From positions 1 through 64,000 of the IMG/VR virus record IMGVR_UViG_3300026549_000051: a stretch of DNA of 64,000 nucleotides. One strand, written 5' to 3'. The position numbers were made by a program, and so were the translations under genes. Every line of letters begins with the position of its first letter. The first letter of the stretch is position 1. Positions 37,633-46,251 of the stretch are shown piece by piece. The notes beneath the pieces are model-generated. The model was not told where the DNA came from, searched no databases, and was given only the letters and a program-made list of their open reading frames with translations. The stretch comes from a virus (lineage: Duplodnaviria; Caudoviricetes).

Positions 37633-38178
37633 ATGCCTAGACAACTTTTTCCACGCATAACGCCAGTGATGCTAGACCGCAATCCTGACCAGGTGTGTGA
37701 CATCTTAAACCGTGCCCTCGGCGAATTAAATACTCTCTACCAAAGCATAGACGAGATAAACAATGGGATGACCTCTATCAAGAACAGGCTCTCTGCTCTC
37801 GAAAACGCGCCCACGCCTTCTTATACGGAATTTGTACAGACTGTGCTCTTTAACTCTGCCAACATGGGCACCACCCCTGGTATGTGCTTGCGGAACTGCC
37901 GCCTCGGCTTCGGTATTCAGTCCGGGACTTATGCTAACGCAAGGGCTGACTGGGAGAGCCAGATTGCTAACGGTACGCTCCATACTGGGTATCCGCCGAG
38001 CTATCTTCAGGTGCCAGTATATGCTGATACGGGAACGACGAATGGCCACGTCGTGGTCTGGGATAGGGGCACAGTATGGGAAGATGGCTACGTTGTGCCA
38101 GATGGTCTCATTCATTATTCCAACATTATTGGCTGGGGTGAACTCTGCGACGGTGTCAGAGTGGTCCAGAGAGTCTAG
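37633..38178 (+). CDS. coiled-coil (needle-like) protein with CHAP/NlpC-like peptidase domain
   Basis: GMCLRNC...A-x-x-x-W...GHVVVW Cys-His dyad. Confidence 0.6.
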   Translation: MPRQLFPRITPVMLDRNPDQVCDILNRALGELNTLYQSIDEINNGMTSIKNRLSALENAPTPSYTEFVQTVLFNSANMGTTPGMCLRNCRLGFGIQSGTYANARADWESQIANGTLHTGYPPSYLQVPVYADTGTTNGHVVVWDRGTVWEDGYVVPDGLIHYSNIIGWGELCDGVRVVQRV

Positions 38179-38218
38179 TTTTTCTTAGTGTAGACTGCAC
38201 CTCATTTATAATATGGGT

Positions 38219-39364
38219 ATGAGTTGTAATTGTAATAAATGCGGTAACGACCCTTGCAGCTGCGGCGGCTGCCAGCCAGCTCGTTACTCTTGCGATTTCT
38301 CCATTGAGGTTGACCCATTCAACCCATATATTTGGCTACTAAATAACTGTGGCAAACTGAGCCGCATTAATATTCCTAAGATTCCAGAGACCTGTACTAG
38401 TCTGCAGTCCAATTTCTCGGCTGCGAGCCTTGTTTATAATGGCGAGTGTGGTCAAGACGTTATTACTGGGCGCCAGCTTGGTCAGCTTATTAATCTCGAC
38501 GACCTACGCGATGTCGATGTTGCCGATGCAGACTCCTGCGATTTAATGGTTTTCGACCCAGGCTGTACTGCTTGTGGCGATGGCTGTAAACCAAAGCCAG
38601 CCATGTGGCGCAAATATCATATCCCTGATGCTGGCGATTGCGAGGTTGAGCCTGATTCTGATGGGTATTACCATGTGCTTATTAAGGACGACTGTGGCTG
38701 TATCAAAGAGTGCCGTATCCCAGTAGTGCCTGATGGTAGCGCGATTATTAACTATGTGCGCGACTCGGTGCCTGATGACCCAGATTTCCCGTGGTATTAT
38801 GGCAACTACAATGACACCATCAATCTCTACTTGTCTCAGAACTTCGCTCAGTGGTTCGGCAAGTACGACCTTGAAGTGACGATTAACTACGGTGTACAGT
38901 GCGTCCGCCCAGTCGCTGGTAAGAACGTGAACTTCCGTTCTCTTATCGTCCCAGTGGTAGAAGGCACTGAGCCTAATGTGGAAATGATGTCGTCTATCCT
39001 ACAAGACGACTGTACTACCCGTAACCTAGCGAACCAGCGTGTTATTCCGTGGGGCACTAAGTCCCTGCGTGGCACTTTCGCCTTTATAGTTCCTAAGGGG
39101 AAAGAGGCCTATCTCCACCATGAGTTCCGTCTTCGCACAGTTGATTCCAGTGCTAACTACTGGATCGACCCTACCTATGACGGCAAAATCGTTCCAGCAG
39201 AGATTGCTGGCCAGATTAACACCATGCCGCATAATGCTTCTCGTCTTCACGCTTTACAGGTAATCGTTAAGCCTGCTCGTGGTGTCGTAAGCTACGACCC
39301 AGTTAAAGACGCTGACCGTACTCAGCTCGACGCTCCAGTTGATTTATACCCTAATATCGGATAG
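38219..39364 (+). CDS. Cys-rich tail/fibre protein
   Basis: About 20 Cys; paralogue of 24591; TATAAT-N6-ATG places start at second Met. Confidence 0.75.
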   Translation: MSCNCNKCGNDPCSCGGCQPARYSCDFSIEVDPFNPYIWLLNNCGKLSRINIPKIPETCTSLQSNFSAASLVYNGECGQDVITGRQLGQLINLDDLRDVDVADADSCDLMVFDPGCTACGDGCKPKPAMWRKYHIPDAGDCEVEPDSDGYYHVLIKDDCGCIKECRIPVVPDGSAIINYVRDSVPDDPDFPWYYGNYNDTINLYLSQNFAQWFGKYDLEVTINYGVQCVRPVAGKNVNFRSLIVPVVEGTEPNVEMMSSILQDDCTTRNLANQRVIPWGTKSLRGTFAFIVPKGKEAYLHHEFRLRTVDSSANYWIDPTYDGKIVPAEIAGQINTMPHNASRLHALQVIVKPARGVVSYDPVKDADRTQLDAPVDLYPNIG

Positions 39365-39372
39365 GAGGGATT

Positions 39373-40128
39373 ATGGCCAAACAATATCAATGGCAAGTAA
39401 GCATGGATGCCGTAGGCCCAATCGCCGCTGGCGTCCTATCTGGCGATACTTCTTTGCACACCACAGACGTTCTCTCTGGTACATCGACTGCTCAATATTA
39501 CTATCTCGATAGTAACGTGGTCACTAGCGGAACTGCTAACACCTCTCGCGTCGTGATACAAGTGACAGATACTTGGACGGTATCTTTCGACTCTCGCAAT
39601 AACCTGACCGTTAGTGTGTCAAGCGTGCTAGACTCTATCGTTCGTGACAATGTGAACGGCAACCCTGCCGGCTCTTCCAACCTGGCTCGTGACATGAACG
39701 CCTATCAGTACGAGGGCGGTACGTCTCTCTGGTATTATCGTGATACAAATATTAGTGCGGCAAAGACGATCGCCACTAATATCAGCTTGGGCACACATGT
39801 GTTTACTCTAGCCCCTGGTCAAATGGCGTCACGCCACAGTATGTTCTTCTTTAACAAGACTGTTGGCGCTCAGACTGCCGGCGACCGCCTCAATATGGGT
39901 GTTAAGTTCGTGAACATTTTGCCACCTGACTATCGCCCCGGCGCGACACTCGATAGTGGCAGCCTATGGCAGTCTCATAACCGAGAGGGCGGCAAGGCAC
40001 ACATTCTAGGCTCAGGCGGTACATGGGCTGAGATGAGAACTATAGCAGGTCTAGAAGATTCAGACAATCCACCAAGTATCAGATTAAACGATAAATGGTT
40101 CAATCAGCGGAAGATTGGCAAAGAATGA
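39373..40128 (+). CDS. beta-rich fibre tip protein
   Basis: Follows fibre gene; three Trp-containing C-terminal segments. Confidence 0.55.
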   Translation: MAKQYQWQVSMDAVGPIAAGVLSGDTSLHTTDVLSGTSTAQYYYLDSNVVTSGTANTSRVVIQVTDTWTVSFDSRNNLTVSVSSVLDSIVRDNVNGNPAGSSNLARDMNAYQYEGGTSLWYYRDTNISAAKTIATNISLGTHVFTLAPGQMASRHSMFFFNKTVGAQTAGDRLNMGVKFVNILPPDYRPGATLDSGSLWQSHNREGGKAHILGSGGTWAEMRTIAGLEDSDNPPSIRLNDKWFNQRKIGKE

Positions 40129-40138
40129 TATAATAAGC

Positions 40139-40165
40139 AAAAACCCCGGGCAAAACCGGGGTTTT
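40139..40165. terminator. Bidirectional terminator
   Basis: AAAAACCCCGG...CCGGGGTTTT between convergent operons. Confidence 0.8.
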
Positions 40166-40169
40166 GAGA

Positions 40170-40300
40170 CAGCCATCCGCACACACTATTTTTAACAAAA
40201 GATCTTGAACAAATAAGGTGCAACTGTTTGTTTTTCGTGTTTGTTTTGCGATATAAAAGCGAGAGATGAATTACAAGAGATATAGTGTGTGCGAAAGGCC
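40170..40300. ncRNA. Candidate structured RNA (12-bp stem enclosing ~90 nt)
   Basis: CGCACACACTAT (40178-40189) / ATAGTGTGTGCG (40282-40293). Confidence 0.4.
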
Positions 40301-40321
40301 GCCCCAAGTGGGGCGACTTTT

Positions 40322-40564
40322 TTATTTCTTCGCAATGTTTTGCGCAATGGTGATGTAGCCCGAAGTCGCCAAGCCAAACACCATGCCGACCAAGAAATTG
40401 GCGCCGAATACGAGGCCGCCTAGCCCGCCGATAAGAGCAGCAACGATGATAGTGATTGCTGCACGCCAGTCTTTATCGAAGAGGCGCTTAATGAGCTCCA
40501 CTCCGCCAGCCACGAGGCCAGTTAAAACTGCTGTTGCTAAGGTTGATAGACCTAAGATTTCCAT
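40322..40564 (-). CDS. holin
   Basis: 80 aa, 2-3 TM helices, directly downstream of endolysin. Confidence 0.75.
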   Translation of the reverse strand: MEILGLSTLATAVLTGLVAGGVELIKRLFDKDWRAAITIIVAALIGGLGGLVFGANFLVGMVFGLATSGYITIAQNIAKK

Positions 40565-40565
40565 C

Positions 40566-41735
40566 TTATTCTCCTTGTTTTTTAGTGATTAATTCGATTA
40601 TATGCTTAATGAAAGCAATAATCTTCTCAAGAATGCCCACCGTCGGGTCTGCCGGTTCTGGTTCAGGGGTCGGCTCCGGCTCTGGAGTTGGCTCTGGTTC
40701 CGGTTCTGGTGCAGGAATCTCATGCAAGTCCGAAAAAGCAAAGCCGTTATTGATGTTCTTAGAAGAACTGTATTTCGTGCGAAGATAAAGCACGCCATTA
40801 AACGTCGCCTTTTGGTCGAACTCCATGCGCACATCCGCGCCATAGGTTTTCACGACCTCTCCAGTCTCAACGTTGACCAGCTTTGCTCCGTCGTTAGTAA
40901 GCAGAATACGAGGTTCGTCCATCGGCACCCAGGTTAGCTTCTCTGGATATACTGGGTTAGGATAAGTAAAGCCGTTAGATTTAAGGCTGTTATAGGTTAT
41001 CGGGCCTACGTTGCCGTCGGCCTCGAGGCCATTAAGCTCTTGGTATCGTTTGACTGCACCAGCGATATTGTCACCGTAGTAATCGCCCAGGGCTGCCTCA
41101 GGAGTGAACTCTGGATACTTGGCGCGCATCCAGTTGGCGAGCACCGCAATGCGTTCATTTTGGTCGCCCTTCGTCCAGTATCCATTAGGGTATGGCAAGA
41201 AGCCGTCGCAGTATGACGGGTTAAATTGCTCACCACTATTAATGGCGTTAGCTCGGTTTGCTAGCTCCTGCATCTTGCCACGGAGATAATCTCCAGGGCA
41301 GGTCGTAGCGGCATACATCGAGTGCCAGGTTAAGTTCTTACCTGGGACTAATGTTCCTAGTCCGTTACGCTTAGCGATGTCTGCCACCAATTCCACCAGC
41401 TTATTGAAGGTGAGTTCTGATACTGGCCAGCTGCCGCCAGTAGAGCTATTAGACGTTTCGATCGAAACGGTAGTGCAGTTTGATTGCCAGTTGCTGTCTG
41501 ACCATGCACGGTCACTCTCGTTAACATATAGGCCAATCTTCCCATCAGAGCCGACACCGTAATGGGCGGAGCCATTCCGACCAGCTTTCGCAAAAATGCT
41601 ACCGCATTGTGCAGCGGTTAGTACGCCAGCCATATGATGGACAGTGATGTGGGTGATTTTATATCCCCCACGACCAGCCGTATAGTTACCGGAGTGTGCC
41701 TTTACAGTTACGTTCACAAGAGGGCTGTTGCTCAT
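40566..41735 (-). CDS. endolysin, N-acetylmuramoyl-L-alanine amidase with peptidoglycan-binding domain
   Basis: ITVHHMA, SAHY, AWSD, SIE, H...TCPG; AVKRYQELNGLEADGNVGPIT. Confidence 0.92.
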   Translation of the reverse strand: MSNSPLVNVTVKAHSGNYTAGRGGYKITHITVHHMAGVLTAAQCGSIFAKAGRNGSAHYGVGSDGKIGLYVNESDRAWSDSNWQSNCTTVSIETSNSSTGGSWPVSELTFNKLVELVADIAKRNGLGTLVPGKNLTWHSMYAATTCPGDYLRGKMQELANRANAINSGEQFNPSYCDGFLPYPNGYWTKGDQNERIAVLANWMRAKYPEFTPEAALGDYYGDNIAGAVKRYQELNGLEADGNVGPITYNSLKSNGFTYPNPVYPEKLTWVPMDEPRILLTNDGAKLVNVETGEVVKTYGADVRMEFDQKATFNGVLYLRTKYSSSKNINNGFAFSDLHEIPAPEPEPEPTPEPEPTPEPEPADPTVGILEKIIAFIKHIIELITKKQGE

Positions 41736-41863
41736 TTCTTAGCCCCTTTCTTCTTACCAGGCTTTTTGCCTGGACCCATATCGGCAAGCTCGTTGTCGAT
41801 AAAGGACTTTTCCTCCTTATGAACGGTAATGGCTGAGAGAAGAGTTTTTAGCTTTCCCATCAT
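41732..41863 (-). CDS. small basic protein (43 aa)
   Basis: AGGAGG RBS; ATGA overlap with amidase. Confidence 0.6.
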   Translation of the reverse strand: MMGKLKTLLSAITVHKEEKSFIDNELADMGPGKKPGKKKGAKK

Positions 41864-41892
41864 TTCCTCCTTTTCATATATACTTATTATAT

Positions 41893-42297
41893 ATGGAAGA
41901 ACCTAACACTAGCAAAACATTCGACCATGCTAAAGCTGGGATAGGGGACAGAATCGCGGCCATAGGAGAGATGGAACACGCTCGCCGTCATGCCATCAGG
42001 TCTGCTATTTCAGCCGAAGATGAGGGGACTTCGTTTAACTTCTTAGTGTGGGCTAAACAGTTACAAGATATGCGCCGTGCTTATATGAATAAACACTTCG
42101 GCGACATAGATGATAAGTATTGGTGTCTCTGCAAGAGCGCTGCATGCCTAAGGCAGATCGCCTATGAGGTGGACGGAGACGACCTAGAGTTTCTTAAAGA
42201 GGTGGATAACCTCGTGGATAATATTTGGGGCACCGCAGTGGACAAAGACCTGTCTGACTGTGAGGCATGCAGGGACGATAAAAACGCCCCAGAGTAG
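41893..42297 (+). CDS. helical protein with WCLCK and C-terminal CxxC
   Basis: WCLCKSAAC and DCEAC motifs. Confidence 0.7.
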   Translation: MEEPNTSKTFDHAKAGIGDRIAAIGEMEHARRHAIRSAISAEDEGTSFNFLVWAKQLQDMRRAYMNKHFGDIDDKYWCLCKSAACLRQIAYEVDGDDLEFLKEVDNLVDNIWGTAVDKDLSDCEACRDDKNAPE

Positions 42298-42344
42298 AGC
42301 GTTGGTTATAATAAAACTATGAGTGATAATAAGGAAAATAAATA

Positions 42345-43268
42345 ATGGCATTTGTAGATACACTGCGGGAAACGCAAAGATATACCCAAGACGACGCTGA
42401 GCGTAGGGCTAACATTGTAAAAGATTGGGACAAGCTATCCCAGCAATTTACAGATTCTTATAATTCATACCTGAAGAATACAGGTCGGAAAGAAATATCT
42501 GAATTAACTGCTCGCCAGAAGCTACGCGACTTCATTGGAAAAGCCGGAACAGAAGACGGGAAATGGTCCAGCGATGATTACTCGAATTCCAATTACGACG
42601 AGTATGACTTCCAAAAGTATGGAACCCAGACAATCAAAGACTTGCTCGGCGAAAATGGAACTATGGACTTCGGCTCCTATGTAGCGAAATATGGAAATGC
42701 TGACCAGAAAAGAGCTTACGAAAAACAAAACAAAGAACAAAGCACTGGAGAGAAAGTAGCAAAGGGTGTGGGACTTGGGGCAGGACTTGGTGCCCTAGCA
42801 GCGACAGGCCCAATTGGTTGGGCGGCATTTTCGACTGGAGCTGGAATTGGGTCACTATTAAAGTCTGGTTCCGAGAAGTCGCTATCAGATTTAGAGAAAA
42901 AATATACAGAGGAACATAATAACGCACTTAATACTGCGTTTGATGCTTTTGAAAATGCAGACAAGTACCTATCTAATAGAGACAAGGTGGGAGCAGGAGC
43001 AGGAGCAGGAGCTAGCACCGGAGGCGATAGCTCGACCGCCGCAGCTTCTGGTGACGAAGTAACATTCCAACTCGATCGTGCCAACGACCCGAACTACAAA
43101 GGTTTTGGCCAGAAAATCGTTGACCTTGGTCTCGCTACGGATAAAGGTCTATGGGGAAGTAATGGAGATGTCGCCTTCTACACCAAACAGCTTTATGACC
43201 AGGGTGCACTTGACGCAAATGGCAATCTTAAGATTGGTGTACCGATTAAACTTAAAAGGCGTAAATAG
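42345..43268 (+). CDS. putative ejection protein with glycine-zipper TM and LysM-like C-terminus
   Basis: GVGLGAGLGALAATG; NLKIGVPIKL; Cys-free. Confidence 0.55.
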   Translation: MAFVDTLRETQRYTQDDAERRANIVKDWDKLSQQFTDSYNSYLKNTGRKEISELTARQKLRDFIGKAGTEDGKWSSDDYSNSNYDEYDFQKYGTQTIKDLLGENGTMDFGSYVAKYGNADQKRAYEKQNKEQSTGEKVAKGVGLGAGLGALAATGPIGWAAFSTGAGIGSLLKSGSEKSLSDLEKKYTEEHNNALNTAFDAFENADKYLSNRDKVGAGAGAGASTGGDSSTAAASGDEVTFQLDRANDPNYKGFGQKIVDLGLATDKGLWGSNGDVAFYTKQLYDQGALDANGNLKIGVPIKLKRRK

Positions 43269-43296
43269 GCAAGCAAGAACATCGGACGCTAACACT

Positions 43297-43327
43297 AAAA
43301 AAGAAGCCCCATCTGGGGCTCTTTTTT
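43297..43327. terminator. Bidirectional terminator
   Basis: AAAAAAG-AGCCCC...GGGGCT-CTTTTTT. Confidence 0.8.
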
Positions 43328-43408
43328 ATTTCTTCTTTTTAGTTTCGCCTTCCATCACAACGATGAAAGCTACGGCTAAGAAGAGTCCAAACAATATAAC
43401 ACCTAACA

Positions 43409-43672
43409 TTATTCTGTAAACCACTCGTCTTCAATATGCGGTTCTTTTTTGTTCTTAGCTGGACCTCGTCGCGAAATAACTCCGCCTTTAGCTCCTGCTA
43501 CCTTGGCTCGCTCTGGGCCAGTAAGCCCATCCTTGCCTGGTTCTTCAGAAGCGAACCCACCAGTGTGTCCGTTCTTTCCGCCTTTGCGACCAATGTTAAC
43601 GTAGAACTCTCTACCATATTTTGCTTTATTTGTTGCGGCGGCTTTAAGACCACCAGCTACCGTGCCTGGCAT
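43409..43672 (-). CDS. KGG-repeat (stress-induced motif) protein
   Basis: IGRKGG...AGAKGG repeats. Confidence 0.85.
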   Translation of the reverse strand: MPGTVAGGLKAAATNKAKYGREFYVNIGRKGGKNGHTGGFASEEPGKDGLTGPERAKVAGAKGGVISRRGPAKNKKEPHIEDEWFTE

Positions 43673-43709
43673 AGCTTTTTCTCCTTATATTAATTATGGT
43701 TATATTTTA

Positions 43710-44558
43710 TTACGCTTGTGTATCTTCGTCAAGCAGTTTGTCGATTTCGTCGAACACTCCTCCGCTAAATGGATTTTGGAGGTTACGGATATTATCCTTC
43801 TCGTTTGCCTTCTCCATTGCTTCCTGCCATTCCCCCTGACTCTTATATGGGGAATTGTAGGTATTTTCCCCCACAATAACCTTCCATCCCTTCCAGCGCT
43901 TGTGTCTAGGGACATCTTCCTCGTAGAATTTAATGTCATACTTCTTGATTAGCGACAGCATCTCGTCTCGGAGTTCTGGGACATCCACATACTCTAGGTA
44001 TGTGCCATAGACCCTGAGCGGCTCGTCCTTATGCTCGAGGTTATACTTATGCACAAGACTGAAGCAGTTTTCCACAACCCTTAACACATATGATTTTGGG
44101 TATAGTGGGTTCTTGTTCTTAAACATCGTGATAAGTCTGCCACTATGGATGCCGTCATGGCAGGTGCGACAGATAGCTACCACACGCTCGAACTTACCAG
44201 TCTGCTTATCGTAGTCATAACTGAACAGCTCATGAGCATGAAGGTCGCCCTTCTTTGGTTCACGACCACAAATCTCGCACTTATACCCAGCGTTGTAATA
44301 TGCGCTCTTTCGCATGAAGTCCCAAGTAGTCTTGCCGAAGATGGTGCGAGGCTGCATACCCTGACCATGAAGAGGACGAGGGACATTCGGCATTGTGATT
44401 AACGGGATACCAGTCCCCTCAGGACATCGCCATTGCTTGACCTTTTCCACATCGAATGGCTCCATCGGTTTAAGAAGATCTCTAGCCTCGGCTTCCCCCA
44501 TAGCCATCATAGAGTCGTCCACCATCTGCTCGGTCAATAACTTTTTAACCGCCCCCAT
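43710..44558 (-). CDS. HNH-family protein
   Basis: CEICG...LHAHE...ICRTCH. Confidence 0.75.
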   Translation of the reverse strand: MGAVKKLLTEQMVDDSMMAMGEAEARDLLKPMEPFDVEKVKQWRCPEGTGIPLITMPNVPRPLHGQGMQPRTIFGKTTWDFMRKSAYYNAGYKCEICGREPKKGDLHAHELFSYDYDKQTGKFERVVAICRTCHDGIHSGRLITMFKNKNPLYPKSYVLRVVENCFSLVHKYNLEHKDEPLRVYGTYLEYVDVPELRDEMLSLIKKYDIKFYEEDVPRHKRWKGWKVIVGENTYNSPYKSQGEWQEAMEKANEKDNIRNLQNPFSGGVFDEIDKLLDEDTQA

Positions 44559-44860
44559 TAGTCTTTCATCCTATTATTTTCAGTCACCGTAGCCTCTTCG
44601 CTACTCTCCAAGAGTGCATCAATAATTTTAAGCAGATGCCTATACTCATCTTCGCTAGCCTTAAAAGCTTTCTTAGAACGACGGATATCTATATCTGCAC
44701 CATTATCAAGCATCTCCTGCATATATTCCTCAAAGTCTTCAGCACGATACTTGAGGAATTTTTCCCCAGCCTCTTTTATCATTCTACGCACGGCTGTAAC
44801 GCTTACAAAGAAACCATCCGGCGTGAACACCGCCTCAGGTTTTTTATTTTTCTTAAACAT
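44558..44860 (-). CDS. hypothetical protein
   Basis: Coupled operon ORF. Confidence 0.7.
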   Translation of the reverse strand: MFKKNKKPEAVFTPDGFFVSVTAVRRMIKEAGEKFLKYRAEDFEEYMQEMLDNGADIDIRRSKKAFKASEDEYRHLLKIIDALLESSEEATVTENNRMKD

Positions 44861-45065
44861 TCTCTTTCTCCTCTCTTGCTTTTATCTCGTCCAGTTTCTC
44901 CTTATTATGCTCACGCCAAGCCTTTTGTTTCACGGTAGCTTCGTCGTTGCCACACCATGCGCACCTTCCTTCCGCCACAAAGAAACCATGATTTTCTTTG
45001 CCACATTTTGGGCATCGGACCATATAAAACATATCGTCAGAGGCAAAATTTTCTCCCCAACTCAT
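44853..45065 (-). CDS. zinc-ribbon protein
   Basis: CPKC...CAWC. Confidence 0.7.
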   Translation of the reverse strand: MSWGENFASDDMFYMVRCPKCGKENHGFFVAEGRCAWCGNDEATVKQKAWREHNKEKLDEIKAREEKENV

Positions 45066-45442
45066 TCTTCCTCCTCTCCGCATAGTTCGGCGATAGTATG
45101 TACCTCGCCGTCTTTAAGCGTTGGTATCCAACCGACGAGTTCGATGCTGAAGTCATCGTCGCTCATGTCCGTTAGAACATATATACTTCTGTCTGACTTC
45201 TCGGCATATAAGACGTTCTTAATCGAGTTGATTTCTGCCCACGCTCTGACTGCCTTGCGAATCTTCTCATCTTTGATGAGTGGCTCTTTTGGCGGGTTGT
45301 ATTCCTCGTATGCGGCGTAATCGCCCATTAAATCTTCCACAGTGTCGTAGCCATCTACCTGCATAACTCCGTCGGAGTCGAGGTACATCGCTATAACTCT
45401 GGCTTCCGCGCCAGTCTTCTTGTTTACAAACTTATGTTTCAT
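45062..45442 (-). CDS. hypothetical protein
   Basis: Coupled operon ORF. Confidence 0.75.
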   Translation of the reverse strand: MKHKFVNKKTGAEARVIAMYLDSDGVMQVDGYDTVEDLMGDYAAYEEYNPPKEPLIKDEKIRKAVRAWAEINSIKNVLYAEKSDRSIYVLTDMSDDDFSIELVGWIPTLKDGEVHTIAELCGEEEE

Positions 45443-45852
45443 TACTCTCCTTTCAAGGTTTTCCTTAAAATATAACCAGTGGACTCTACGCCGTCAGGAA
45501 GTTTGCCATTAAGCTCAATGTATGACTTAACTTTTTTATTATTAATAGTCTTCTTGATATCACATAATGAGTCGTCTACGCTGTCGATATCTGCGGCTTT
45601 GTATTTGCCACTTGGTGTCAGCTTGAGCTTAATATAATCATTCTCGTGCTCGGACATCTTATGCTCAATCATATACTCTTTAACCATTGCCCATAGAGCT
45701 TCGAGAGCTTCGTCGTTATGTTTCTTCTCGGCAAGATAGTCGGCGAACTGTTTACTCTGTAACGCCAGTTCGTCTGCGCGAATTGCCAAGCTTTTCTCTT
45801 TATCTACTGCCTCGTCAATTAACTGATCGAGAGCCTCCAAATCATTGTTCAT
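45442..45852 (-). CDS. Gp157/Gam-like coiled-coil protein
   Basis: Coiled coil plus KK-x-K...G-x-LPDGVE; next to recombination genes. Confidence 0.5.
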   Translation of the reverse strand: MNNDLEALDQLIDEAVDKEKSLAIRADELALQSKQFADYLAEKKHNDEALEALWAMVKEYMIEHKMSEHENDYIKLKLTPSGKYKAADIDSVDDSLCDIKKTINNKKVKSYIELNGKLPDGVESTGYILRKTLKGE

Positions 45853-45863
45853 TGCTTTTCCCC

Positions 45864-46082
45864 CTATACGCTCAGCATAATCATCATTGCAAGGACGAAT
45901 ATTATACCTAATACAATTTCAAATACGCCTAACACCTTAGCCCAAGCGCTCCCCTTGAGTGCCAGCGCACCGAGTACAATGGACGCAATGCCCATAATGC
46001 CGCCCATCACAAAGATGCCAATAATAATAGTTACGATTCCTGCAATAGCGAAGCCGTTGCTTGTTTGTTCTTGATTGTTCAT
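45864..46082 (-). CDS. small membrane protein (DUF4190-like)
   Basis: SNGFAIAG...GIASIVLG...AKVLG. Confidence 0.65.
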   Translation of the reverse strand: MNNQEQTSNGFAIAGIVTIIIGIFVMGGIMGIASIVLGALALKGSAWAKVLGVFEIVLGIIFVLAMMIMLSV

Positions 46083-46251
46083 TTCTTCTTCTCCAAATTC
46101 TTACTTAAAAATTCACATATATCGTAGGCAAGCGTGAGACTTTTTTCTTCTTCCCACTCTGCCACCATTGCTTTTAATTGTTCTAGTTTTGTCATAGCTT
46201 ACCTCCAAATTTAGTTTTTAGTTGCCCCACTAGGCAGGGGCACGCCTTATA

